Source of the DNA: Octopus sinensis
Lineage: Eukaryota
Direction of reading: 5' to 3'
DNA length: 64,000 bases
NCBI RefSeq assembly: GCF_006345805.1
Contig: NC_042997.1
Coordinates: 50,592,001 to 50,656,000, forward strand
The translations under genes were made by a program, and so were the position numbers. Below are positions 51,968-64,000 of this stretch, piece by piece. The notes below the pieces were generated by a model that saw only the letters and a program-made list of their open reading frames with translations, was not told where the DNA came from and did no database searches. Within the stretch, counting starts at the first letter, position 1; the number at the start of each line of letters is the position of its first letter.

Positions 51968-53572
51968 GCCGTCCACCAGCGCCTCCGTCGTGGGACGCTG
52001 GACCGACGGCCCGGTTGAGTTGCTCGGGGTCTGGTTTGGTCCGGACCTCCAAGTGGAGAAGAACTGGAACGAGATAACGAGTAGGGTGGTCACTCTCGCC
52101 CGGCAATGGGCCGAGAGGAAACTGTCCCTAAAAGGTCGGGCGGAGGTGGCGAACACGTACATCGCGTCCGTCATCTACTACCGCCTGACCGTCGTACCTT
52201 GTCCCGACCCTACCATCACCAAACTACAACGCATTCTCTTCCGCTTCTTGTGGAAAGGATGCGTCCCGATGGTCAGGCGATCCATTTCCCGTCAACACCC
52301 GTTAAAAGGAGGGCTGGGCATGCCGTGGTTGATGATGCGCAGACACGCGCTGAGACTGCGACATCTCTGGCTCTATGTAGACGACGGTGAACAGGTGTGG
52401 TCGCCGTTTGTGAGGCACGCTTTCCCGCAGCTCGTCTCCATGACCGAACTGCAGTCGTGGATCAAAAAGAGGCCGAAGAAGGGCGAATGGCACCGCGAGT
52501 GTCGCGTTGCTCTCAAGGTCGACCTTGAGTGACTTCAATACAACCAAAGCATTCTAGAGGGGTTTAGTGGAGGGGAGGTACGACGACGAGCTCGGGGCGA
52601 ACCGGGACGTCGACGAGGAGTACCTGACCCGCCTGTTCAGGACGACTTTCGGGCCAGGGCCCCTGGACAACTTCCAGAGATCCCTGGCCTGGCAGTGCTA
52701 CCGAGAAGCGCTACCCGTTCGGGATAAGCTCTACAGACACGGCTCGAGAAACACGGGGCCGACCTGCCCGAGATGCGGTCAGAGCGACGAAACCGTTCTG
52801 CACGCACTTGTGCAGTGTCCAACAATTTCCGACCTGTGGGCTTATGTCGAACAACTGCTGTCACGTGTGGGACGAGTCGGTTTATCAGCTGAGTCTATCG
52901 TCAATATTGTCACGCCTTCCTCCTTCAAACGGGAAGGAAGAGCTATTTTCATCATCCTTGTGGCTATGGCGAAAGAATGTATCTGGTGGACGCGTCTGAA
53001 AGGATTGGAGACAAACACTTTCCTCTCTGGTCAATCTCTCATCAACTTCTTCAAGTACCACTTGAAAAGGAAAGTGAGAGTAGAGAGGCAAGTTTTGTCT
53101 AGCGAATGTTTTAAAAAAAGATGGGTGAATGTAGCAAGAATGGCACGTATGAATGACGAAGCCACCTTGAGCATGATCCTATGAACCCAGAAATTGAAAA
53201 CAGAGAGTTGCTTATTCGCAAAAAAAAAAATTAAATAAAAAAAGAAATATAACATGTGACTCCATTGACCGAGGTTACCGTGGTCTTTTCCGTAGGCTTT
53301 TCTTTCCACGGGTAAACCTCACCTGTCCTCCCCTTTACACTTCATATTGACATTTCTGTGATAACGATCCCTATTGATCAATTCTTTTTTTTTTTTTTCC
53401 TCTCCCCCTTTTTTTTTTAACCCCCCTTTTTTGTCCTCTTCTCCCTTTTTACGATCCCTTTTGATCGAAACTCCCCTTCCTTTTTTTTTTTTTTTTTAAA
53501 TCTTCAAAAGAAAAGCTCTACCTTGTAATTTGTTCTATCTGTGTGCAGCCCTGTGTGGCTAATAAAGAAACA
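51968..53572 (+). mobile_element. Tx1-type element copy 2, 5'-truncated (ORF2 C-terminal third and 3' UTR)
   Basis: More than 90% identical by eye to the reverse complement of 12555-14037; ends AATAAAGAAACA followed by (TATC)n; ORF2 stop at 53184. Confidence 0.95.
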
Positions 53573-53590
53573 TATCTATCTATCTATCTA

Positions 53591-53635
<45 letters not shown>

Positions 53636-53697
53636 AACTATCTATCTATCTATGTATCTATGTATCTATGTATGTATGTATGTATGTATGTATGTAC

Positions 53698-53729
<32 letters not shown>

Positions 53730-53808
53730 GTATCTATGTATGTATGTATGTATGTATGTATGTATGTATGTATCTATCTATCTATCTATCTACCTATCTA
53801 TCTATCTA

Positions 53809-53842
<34 letters not shown>

Positions 53843-53867
53843 ATCTATCTATCTATCTATATATATA

Positions 53868-53904
<37 letters not shown>

Positions 53905-53906
<2 letters not shown>

Positions 53907-54117
53907 AGGTGATTGAAAAGTAACTCCTTATATTAAAATACTTATAAATTAGTTATTAATTGCAAATTTTACAAGTAAGTGGATATGAGAAGAAAGCTTT
54001 TAGTATGAGGTTTTATTTAAAATTACAAAAACAAACACAAAATTTTGAGAAATATATTACAAGAGATAAATAATTTGGAAGTATTTTGAAATCGGGAATT
54101 ACTTTCCAATCACCTTG
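53905..54117. mobile_element. Tc1/mariner-type MITE, 213 bp
   Basis: TIR CAAGGTGATTG(A/G)AAAGTAA(C/T)TCC with TA on both sides. Confidence 0.9.
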
Positions 54118-54253
54118 TATATAAAGTACTGTTGAGGCACACAAAAGAGGAAGACAGAAGATATATGTGTGTGTGTGTGCGTGTGTGCGTGTGTGTGTGC
54201 GTGTGTGTGTATGCGTGTGTGTGTGCGTGTGTGTGTGTGTGCGTGTGTGTGTG

Positions 54254-54301
<48 letters not shown>

Positions 54302-55849
54302 AATAAATAACTGATATTTATACACACACACTTATATTCACACACATCAATACATGTATATGCGCGTGTTCGTCTGCGTGTTTGTGTGAGCCCACGTGGA
54401 GGTAATCGCTGACAAGGTGTCAGCAAAACTGGTGCTTCTCGAAACGAGCATTGTTGCAATATATGTTTCACACTGAGTCACAAGCAATCCTTGGTAACTT
54501 TCACTATCAGAGTTGTAATCAATCCATTATTGACTCATTAAAGACCTGCAACCAACAACAGTATTGTTCTGTGCTGGCACTAAACTATTAAAGAACAAAA
54601 TCACATATATGTGTGTATTTGTGCGTGTGTTTGTGTGTGTTTGAACGTGTGTGTGTATATATGTGTGTGTGTGCATACGCGTGTGTGTGTGTGTGTATAA
54701 GTGCGTGTGGTGTGCATGCATGAATGCATGTGTGTGTAACACGTATTTGTGTGCCTCTTCTGTGCTTGCCTCGGGGCATGTACTTTTGTGGCTGTCTCTG
54801 TATGTATACGGCTCAGTATGTGAGTTTGTGTGTATGTGCTCCTGAATATGAGCATCTGCCTGTGTGGCCCGGCATGTATGTTTATGTGTGAAGAACTTAA
54901 CAAGTAATTATATGCTAAAATGCATTACAGGGTTTCACACTGTTACCTCAGTGAACACAAGTGATCTCCAGTAAATATGAGCAGAAGTACTTAATATGCT
55001 TTCACTCTATATTCACCGAAGATCATTGACGAACGCAACGAATCCACTCGGATCACGCACACAGACACACACACATATATATATATTGATAGAAATATGT
55101 ATATTGTACAAAAAACATAATGACTCAAGAAAAATTATTATGGACACCCTCTTCACATCCAAGATTGTGACATCATTCTTGAGGTAGTTAGGAGAATAAA
55201 TTGATTGGTGACAAGAAAACATCTCCGTATCTAATATCAGTCTAAACAGATATTGACAAGTACATGGGACAATTCCAGACTTTTCGATCTCATTAGACAT
55301 GTTCATCAGGCACAGCTTTTTCCTGTACCAGCAGATTAGTGGTGAGAATCACCACATTGATGCACAGATATGTGCTTTGATTTTTTTCCAGTTCATTATG
55401 TAAAATGACCCTAGAATGATTAATTTTTCTTGAGGAATCTGGTAATTACTCGAACTCATTATGATACTTTTTGACGCCTGCAGTGTACATCGTTGTACTT
55501 CAACATATCATCATAATGGTTATCTTACATTGATATAGCAAATTTTCAAGTCCCTCCCCCATTTATCCTTTCATAGCTACACTGAAACGGAGGAAGTTCT
55601 ATGTCCGTACAATTAAGGATGCCCTGATGCATCTCACGGTCTGCAAACACTAGCGCTGGCCAAACTGCACCTGATATTAGTGTCCTTTGTCAAAAAGATT
55701 TCAGTCAACCTTGTAGAACCCTCTTCTTTCTACTTCTCGACTATAATAGTCTATAAGCAATACTCCAATGAAGAAAGCCTCTACGTTTGCTATCGGTTTT
55801 GCATCTTACCCTTGGCTGCACACTCTAGGTAAGTACCCCCCACCTCATA

Positions 55850-56200
55850 GCTATTCACTTCCATTCTACCAAGATCACAGCCATGCACATATGCACACCA
55901 AGTGCACAAGCACCTCCAGTTGCTTCAAACAAACAAGAACACTTTCCCTTACAACGTTCCTTCTGTTACTCTCAAACATTGCGTCTCAGATATAGCCACT
56001 ATACTCACAAAATTCTTCAGTCACTCTTTGCTTCAACTAGAACCTATCCTGACCTTTGGAAACTCCAAAATGGGTATCCCATCAATTTCTGCTGTCTACC
56101 GCACTACCGTGCTCACTGACGGCTCATCAAAGTTTGTGGAAACATTCATTAACAATAATGTCTTACAAGCTCTCTCGGCCACATTGATGGGCTGAAGTTT
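55850..56200 (+). mobile_element. Old L2-group LINE RT fragment
   Basis: LKHCVSDIATILTKFFSHSL..YPDLWK..YRTTVL..SKFVETFINN. Confidence 0.55.
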
Positions 56201-56334
56201 CTATTTCCAGATTAAACTATTTACATATTCGCTGGTGAAAAGCTTGAGAAACCATAAAACATCACAATATTTATTCTCAATCTCGCACTGTTTTACTTCA
56301 GTAAGAATCTGTTATAATTTCCTTCTGAAATGTT

Positions 56335-56778
56335 ATACTATCCATGTATCATGGGACCTTAGCAACTTCCGAAATGTCAAGTACGTTGCTGAAAGATTTC
56401 TAATTTCGTTGTAGCTAAAGACAGAGACAACAGACCTCTAGACAATTTTACTTTTAAAACTTTGCCTTTCATTGTTGCGAACCCAATCGAATCTACGATA
56501 AGCAGCCACTAAAATATTAACTATATACTTGACCAAAAGAAATAAATTTAGCTTTATAATAATGCTCTGAAAATTTAGTTCTTTCTATCATGTGAAGCTA
56601 GTTTATATCATAAGAATGTATATTATAAGAATTTTAGACGATATAGCAAACAGGTTGTGGAGCCACTGTCTTGTTTGACATTCAAAATATCTCAGTCTAT
56701 TGCCAACGGCTGGTAGAAAGTTAGAGATAAATTACTGTTATTGAAATATTTCCTGATTGAATGAGTTGTCCGATAACT
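56335..56778 (+). repeat. ~440-bp unclassified repeat, copy 2
   Basis: See 47703-48140. Confidence 0.9.
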
Positions 56779-57699
56779 TAATACAAGCCAGATATTGAGA
56801 AAGGTTGCAGAAACCTTTGAATAGACTGCCCGAGCTTCAATACTTTTAATATAATTCAATAAACTCCTGGTTGGTTGTAAGTAGATATAATAAAATCCTT
56901 GATAGCTATAGTGACCATGATGACTACAGTAGTTATTAAAATGATGCTGAAAATAATGATTATGACGATGATAATGATGATGATGATGATGATGCTGTAG
57001 GTGATAGCGTTCTCGCTGGTTCTGGAGTGTGGTTTGTTGCTGATGTAATCGGTAGTTGCTGAACATTCTACATAGAGAGCTGCTCATATTCGTAGAGTGC
57101 GCAAGAATTTCATATAACTTTACTTGATAGAAAAATCTGTCTAAAACTTCTAAACTAAATACATGACATGGAACTTAAGGTTAACATTAGTCTAATAGAT
57201 CATTTTTATGTGTTGATAAAAATAAGCGTGAAATTCATTCGTAAAATTTCAAAAGGAATATAAATTATCAACTTCAACGTAATCTACAATTACGTTTAAT
57301 TTTAAAATATGCAGTGATTTCATTTACGGAGATTGCAAAGAGTGAGTTACAAATATCATATATAATTTGTAAGTATTGATTCGATGGTTAATCAGACACG
57401 TTCGTTGTCATATGAAAATCCAATAAAATAGACATTAATATACTTTACTACATAGTAAACTGGCACTCCGTCGGTTGCGACGACGAGGGTTCCTGTTGAT
57501 TCGATCAACAGAACAGCTTGCAAGCAATTTTCTAGAAGCTTTGGTTCGAAAGTCTTTCCGAATTACTGATTTTTCTAAACCAAGGGTGGTCGCCTAGATC
57601 AACACGCTCTAAATTAAACACATTAAATTTACTTAAATAATTAAATGAAATTCAGGTAGATTTGCATTGAAATACAGGTATCTGTAAATGATACAAGAT

Positions 57700-58285
57700 T
57701 ATTCTTTTCTACTCTAGGCATAAGTCTCGAAATTATTTGGGAGGGGCTAGTCGATTAGATTGTCCCCAGTACGCGACTGGTACTTAATTTATCGACCTCG
57801 AAGGGATGAAAGGCAAAGTCGACCTCGGCGGAATTTGAACTCAGAACGTAAAGACAGACGAAATACCTATTTCTTCACTACCCACAAGGGGCTAAACACA
57901 GAAAGGACAAACAAGAACAGACAAACGGATTAAGTCGATTATATCGACCCCAGTGCGTAACTGGTACTTATTTAATCGACCCCGAAAGGAGGAAAGGCAA
58001 AGTCTTCCACGGCGGAAGTTGAACGCAGAACGTAACGGCAGACGAAATACCTATTTCTTTACTATCCACAAGGGGCTTAACAAAGAAGAGACAAACAAGG
58101 ACAGACAAACGGATTAAGTCGATTATATCGACCCCAGTGCGTAACTGGTACTTATTTAATCGACCCCGAGAGGATGAAAGGCAAAGTCGACCTCGGCGGA
58201 ATATTAACTCAGAACGTAGCGGCAGACGAAAATACCGCTAAGCATTTTGTCCGGTGTTCTAACGTTTCTGCCAGCTCGCCGCCTT
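57700..58285 (-). mobile_element. SINE family A head-to-tail trimer with a single complete head
   Basis: Units 58052-58285, 57868-58051 and 57700-57867. Both junctions read AAGAAATA|GGTATTTCGTC on the minus strand. Confidence 0.92.
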
Positions 58286-58510
58286 AATGGTACCAGATTA
58301 TTAATAGTTTACCGTACAAGGTACTATTCAGTACAAGGTAAAAGATAACCAGTTTGGCAGCAGGGTATTTGAAGTACCTGTTTGGGGTAAGATATAATAG
58401 TTTAACAGAAACCCTTGAACAACATTCTATCGCAATTCTCTTAGTTGTGTAAGGTGTTTAAGTATAGCTAGAGAACATGTTTGTGTTTGTGTGTGTGTGT
58501 GGAGGAGTTG

Positions 58511-59133
58511 TATGCATGTATGCCATTATTTAGTTTTATTTCAAGATTTCTTGCCAATAGAGAATGAGTGGTTTTGTAACCAACATCAACAACAGGGTAA
58601 TTTTGTACGTATGTATTCGTGCATATTTGTATGTTCTATTTTATGTATGTCTTCTCATACATATAGTTGTATATCAAGGCATGTTCATATATACTTAAAT
58701 GATAAACTTATGAAAAGTTTTACAGACTTTTACCGTTCCAGAGATGGATTAGATCAGCTCTCTCCTTTCTGGTTGTGAGGAGCCTTATATGCATGTATGT
58801 ATGTTATTATTCAGTTTATTTCAAGATTTCTTGCCAATAGAGAAAGAACCGGTTTCTAACCTAGATCCAAGGCTCCTTCATTTAAATTTCAACATCAACA
58901 GGATATTTTTGTTTCCTTGTATGTATGCATGTATGTATGTATGTATGTATGTATGTATGTATGTATGTATGTATGTATGTATGTATATATGTATGTATGT
59001 ATGTATGTATATGTATGTGTAGATTTGTATGTTTTATGTATGTGTTCTCATGCATATAGTTGCATATCTGGACATGCTCGTATATATTTAAATTATAAAC
59101 TTCTGGAAAGTTTTACAGATTTTTACATTTCCA
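58511..59133 (+). repeat. Diverged local duplication (58511-58740 and 58789-59133)
   Basis: TTTATTTCAAGATTTCTTGCCAATAGAGAA and AAAGTTTTACAGA occur twice. Confidence 0.8.
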
Positions 59134-59269
59134 GTGATGTATGTATGCATGCATGTATGTATGTATGTATGTATGTATGTATGTATGTATGTGTGTGTGT
59201 ATGTATGTATGTATGCATGTATGCATGTATGTATGTATGTATGTATGCATGTATGCATGTGTATATGTA

Positions 59270-59390
59270 TAACTGCTGAGTGTGGAAAATAGCATAATTT
59301 TGCCTACGTTTGATAACATTATAAGAAACAGACCAGAACCCAGAAAAGTGCCTTGCAGTATTCCACTCATCACAGATTTTTCCAATAGAT
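59270..59390 (-). mobile_element. CR1-group RT micro-fragment
   Basis: SVMSGILQGTFLGSGLFLI, a decayed SGVPQGTVLGPLLFLI. Confidence 0.55.
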
Positions 59391-60083
59391 ATAAATTTTA
59401 GAGGAAAATTTTGTAAATTAATGTATTAACTACTATATAATTTTATATAAATGGATTTATTAGAAAGTGTAATTGGTTTAACTACTAAATGGAGTTAATT
59501 CGGTATCCTTCAATTTCTTTAGTTTCTAGCTAAGTTAATTGGTACAAAAGTATACAAAACAATACTAATCTATTAATATTAATTTATTACAACTTTCTTT
59601 TGCATTTTTTCTGGAAAATACCTCTTCCATTTTATACCTGTATCTTTAATATGCATATTTGTGTGCGTGTATCTGTGTGTGTGTGTGTGTGTGTGTATCT
59701 GCTTGTGTGCCTGCTTGTATGTGCGTGTGTGTGAGACAGCGTATGTGTACATATAAAAACCACAAAACGCCCTTCACGTATACAAGTGTTCTTGTATTTT
59801 CCAGTGCATTGATTTTAAGCTGAAGTGGATTGTACAAGAAAGCATTAAATAAACCGATGCACAGTCAACTGGGTCAATTACGACTTTTATCTAATCTATA
59901 GCATTTTAATACAAACTACTAAACGTTAATGCAACTAACTGTTTTTCTTATTTTGGTATTGCCATGTGAGATAAACCGTTAAGTCGTAAGTTCATCAACT
60001 GATGGCAAAATCTTGTCATTGCACATTGACCAGTAGGAGTGTTATTTGTGAACTGAAGTTTGCAAGCATTTTTATTTATCATG

Positions 60084-60332
60084 AAGACGGCGAGCTGGCA
60101 GAAACGTTAGCACGCCGGGCGAAATGCTTAGCGGTATATCGTCTGTCGCTACGTTCTGAGTTCAAATTCCGCCGAGGTCGACTTTGCCTTTCATTCTTTC
60201 GGGGTCGATTAAATAAGTACCAGTTACGCACTGGGGTCGATTAAATAAGTACCAGTTACGCACTGGGGTCGATATGATCGACTTAATCCGTTTGTCCCCT
60301 CTGAGTGTAGCGCCTTTTGGGCAGCAAAAAAA
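60084..60332 (+). mobile_element. SINE family A (tail type 1) with an internal 32-bp tandem duplication
   Basis: GGGGTCGATTAAATAAGTACCAGTTACGCACT at 60201-60232 and 60233-60264. Confidence 0.9.
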
Positions 60333-60751
60333 AGGATTTATCATCTATTCCGAGGAGACGAAGTGCCTAGCAGCCACCTTCCAGACTTTCCTTGGCTCGT
60401 GAAATCGATATAGTTGATGTTCAGCTTAAACAGCTGTATATTGATATCAGTAGAAAAAACGTGGGTAAATAAATAGTCCCAAAGTGGCACGATTCTGCGG
60501 AAGAAAGGGACATACAGTAGGAATGATACAATAGAGGGAAAAGAAGGGATGGTATATCGAATTTGCTTAGGTGCAAGTGCCAAGCAGCTTACAGATTCAG
60601 AGGAAGAGAAAATGCTATGGATGCATGGCGTAGATGAGTCAGTTTTTTTCTGAGTACGAGTCAAGACTTATATATCTGTCGATGTAACGCATGAGTAAGA
60701 AAATCATTTACCTGAGAGTTTTTTTTTTGTTTTATTTTGAAAAGATAATAT

Positions 60752-60926
60752 AGGCGTAGGCGTGGTTATGTAGTATAAATCTTGCTTCCCAACCACATGG
60801 TTCCGGGTTCAGTCCCACAGCGTGGTACTTTGAACAAGTGCCTTCTACTATAGCCTCGAGTCGACCAGACCCTTGTGAGTAGATTTAGTAGACGGAAACT
60901 GAAAGACTGTTGCATATATACGTGTT

Positions 60927-60962
<36 letters not shown>

Positions 60963-61197
60963 CATCTTTGTGTCTGTGTTTGTACCCCACCACCGCTTGG
61001 CAACCGGTGTTGGTATGTTTACGCTCCTGTTACTTTGCGGTTCGGCCAAAGAAATCGATAGAATAAGTACCAGGCTTAACAAAAGATAAGTACTTGGATC
61101 GATTCATTCAACTACAAAAAAAAAAAAGAATTTTTTAAGGTGGTGCCCCAGCATTGCCACAGTCTAATGACTGAAACAGGTAAAAGATAAAAGATAA
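60752..61197 (+). mobile_element. SINE family B, full length
   Basis: B box GGTTCAGTCCC, CORE-like ACTTTGAACAAGTGCCTT, tail CTAATGACTGAAACAGGTAAAAGATAAAAGATA. Confidence 0.9.
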
Positions 61198-61458
61198 TGA
61201 TATGGTATAACTAATGTGAGTAATTAACTTTTATTGAGTTTATCATAGAACAGTCAGTAGTATGATTAAGCATGCGTAGAGATGATGGTTGTAAAAGGTA
61301 AGGGTAGACAGTAATGTACCTTGAAGTGAATACTGCGAGTGACTGAAGGCTTCCTTGTTTATTAATTTTATGTTGCGTCGGATGAACAATAAAGTTATCG
61401 GTCGAATGTTTTAAACGATCCAATGACAGATTCACTGTGTTTCTGACAGCAGCAGCAA

Positions 61459-61882
61459 GTGGAGGCGCAATGGCCAATGGTTAGGGCAGCGGACTTGCGG
61501 TCGGAGGATCGCGGTTTCGATTCCCAGACCGGGTGTTGTGTGTGTTTATTGAGCAAAAACACCCAAAGCTCCACGAGGTTCCGGCAGGGGGTGGTCGTGA
61601 CCCCTGTTGTACTGTTTTTCCCCAACTTTCTCTCACTCTTTCTTCCTGTTTCTTGTCCCCAACTTCCTACGCAACTGCTGAGCCTGGATGCGCATTCATC
61701 CATCCGTCGATGCTCTCGGTGTCGGGGGTTGACCTGCTTTCTCTTCTGCGGATCTTGCGAATAGCAAAGGACCACGTTTCGGACTTCTCCCACTACAGAC
61801 AATCTTGAGGCGCGATCTTGCGAGCTCTGGGACGAAGACCACTTCGCTCAACAAACAAACCAACAAACAAACCAACAAACAA
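61459..61882 (+). mobile_element. SINE family C with an alternative 3' tail and (CAAA)n; 13-bp TSD with one mismatch
   Basis: ACAGCAGCAGCAA at 61446-61458 and ACAGCTGCAGCAA at 61883-61895. Confidence 0.88.
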
Positions 61883-61899
61883 ACAGCTGCAGCAACAGG

Positions 61900-62018
61900 A
61901 TCAGCAATGGTGAAATAAAGCAATTTACCTAAGAACACAACAAACATACTGGACCGAGAATTGAACTCGAAACCTTGTGATCGGAATCCCAGTTCTCTAA
62001 CCACTAAGCTGCATGCTT
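61900..62018 (-). mobile_element. tRNA-derived SINE head with a CORE-like segment (family D-like)
   Basis: Reverse complement AGCTTAGTGGTTAGAG..GGTTTCGAGTTCAATTCTC..TGTGTTCTTAGGTAAATTGCTTTATTTCAC. Confidence 0.6.
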
Positions 62019-62100
62019 TCTGAGTATAATATTTACTTATTGCATGTTGGGAATAGTAGTGACGCACTGTTGATAGCTTTAGGAATGGCAACAAATTAGT

Positions 62101-62491
62101 TTACTCTTTTACTTGTTTCAGTCATTTGACTGCGGCCATGCTGGAGCACCGCCTTTAGTCGAGCAAATCGACCCCAGGACTTATTCTTTGTAAGCCTAAT
62201 ACTTTTTCTATTGGTCTCTTTTGCCGAACCGCTAAGTGATGGGGACGTAAACACACCAGCATCAGTTGTCAAGCGATGTTGGGGAGACAAACACAGACAC
62301 ACAAACACACACATATACATATACATATATACGACAGGCTTCTTTCAGTTTCCGTCTACCAAATCCACTCACAAGGCTTTAGTCGGTCCGAGGCTATAGT
62401 ATAAGACACTTGCCCAAGGTGCCACGCAGTGGGACTGAACCCGAAACCATGTGGTTGGTAAGCAAGCTACTTACCACACAGCCACTCCGGC
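62101..62491 (-). mobile_element. SINE family B, full length and well preserved
   Basis: A box TGGCTGTGTGG, B box GGTTCAGTCCC, CORE-like ACCTTGGGCAAGTGTCTT, tail CAAATGACTGAAACAAGTAAAAGAGTAAA. Confidence 0.92.
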
Positions 62492-64000
62492 TGATGATTT
62501 TTAAATTTAAATCTCTATTTTGCGTAAGAGCACATCTACAAAAGGAACAATTTAAAAGCCATCATGGGAACATGGAATAGAAATGAGGGACTTCAGGTAG
62601 AAAATGTCTTGTTAAACATTGATTTCAGTTGGCTGCGGTCATCGCTGCCGTCTTTGTCCTCCTCGTCGTCGTTTCCCGTGGGTCAGTCCCGATCAAACAT
62701 ATCAATGATCAGTTATTTCAGCCTGGATCATTTTGTGATTTTATGAGTATCTAAAACACTTTATCCAATTCTTCTTTCTCTTCATAACAGTATGGTGTGA
62801 TTCAAGGAAATTTTGTTTGCTATTTTTAGCAAGTCTTGTCGCCGTTCGGTTGTTTCCCGGGGAAAACCTGGTTGTCAGTAGTGTAAATTATATAATTGGT
62901 CGGTTCGCTGTCATTTTATTTGTGCTTAATTCTCGTTTTCGACAAGATAAGAAATAAAATCGACTTAAGCAAGAACTCAACATTAAACAGTGAGTTAATA
63001 CCTCAAAGTACATCAAATCCACGTATTTACTACCTCATCTTTGAAACGTAAATATTTTAGCTGTTCCAAGGACTAGAGATTTCAGAATCAATGAAATACC
63101 AAACTTAACGGATCTATATTTATCCCCGTTTCCATTCTAAGCTAAAATCCTCCTCCATTCACGTATCACCTTTGATTTTCTTTCTTCTTGAGTTGATCAA
63201 ATGCGTACCAGTAATATATTGTAAGAAGATACGATTGACTATACATCTCCCTTATAAATTGGGTTTATTTTGTCGATGTAAAGGAAATGTTGATTGTAGT
63301 TATTAGAACCCGATATGTTTTCAAAAGAAAGCACTGAGCAATGGATTCATTGTTTTATTGTATTGAAAACCATTGGGTTTGACTTTGGTTTCTGTTCATC
63401 AGATATTGATAAAATAAGGGATATGAGTGATATGTTGGTATCAGCTCTATTGATCATAATTCTCTTTTAATCATCCTTAATCAATAGATATCAATATAAA
63501 CATTACACTGACTGAATATAGAAGCGTCTACGAGGTCGATCGACCTGCTTAAAATGACAACTAATCACCCCATAACACATCTTTTGCTGTCTTCGATGGG
63601 AATACCTTGGATAATACGGTTTTTGGGTTCACTGTACAATGTTAAAAAAGATGGAATGGTCATGAAACGGAATGGCTTTTGATTGTATGTCTTTTTGTCC
63701 AAGGTTGATTTGAGATAAACCAATTGCTTACTCGACGTGCAAGAAGTAGTGATTAAATCTTCCTTAAATAAAAATTGCTGTTCAGGAAAGGAATGGAAAC
63801 GTTCAGAAACATAGTTATGTACATACCTAAAATGAAGTGATAGCCAAGGTTAGAATGTCTGTAACCATATCTACGCGTTGTTAGGGTTACAATAGCAATC
63901 GCATTACAGTACAAAGTGCTACTAGCTCTCAAGCACGCCTCGTAGTTGTGCATATGTAATTGATTACTGACGGAAATGTTCATGTTGTGTAAGTACATCA

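Noticed and set aside
57700-58285. CRISPR-like or satellite array
   Set aside because: The units are SINE bodies with no repeat-spacer structure; the DNA is eukaryotic and has no cas genes.
60341-60690. Possible gag or ORF1 zinc-knuckle relic (RFCGRKGH; KCYGC)
   Set aside because: Incomplete CCHC spacing, multiple stops, and no LTR or pol nearby.

Overview
AT-rich, non-coding eukaryotic DNA packed with microsatellites and transposable elements. It is most likely coleoid cephalopod (Octopus); this is inferred from the tRNA-derived SINE families and the repeat landscape. No host gene can be called with confidence, and almost all ORF-track entries are microsatellite or antisense artefacts. Main contents: two copies of one Tx1-type (L1 clade) LINE (12555-17616, minus, near full length; 51968-53572, plus, 5'-truncated); the 5' end of a related Tx1 family (about 24400-25200); Penelope-like element remnants; CR1/L2-group LINE relics; a deleted mariner; several MITEs; two Helitron-like elements; about 20 SINE copies from four families; and three long inverted repeats. 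Most interesting signals: (1) both Tx1 copies sit inside (TATC)n/(GATA)n arrays in the same orientation, which suggests a GATA-microsatellite-targeting retrotransposon; (2) the last ~50 nt of this Tx1 match the 3' tail of an abundant SINE, a candidate SINE-LINE partnership, and that SINE also forms a head-to-tail trimer joined at a fixed site in its own head; (3) type I hammerhead-ribozyme folds occur in Penelope-type terminal repeats, one with a canonical CUGANGA core (46923-46983, minus) and two with a CUGUNGA variant core. All alignments and folds were done by eye, so boundaries are approximate unless a TSD or TIR is quoted.
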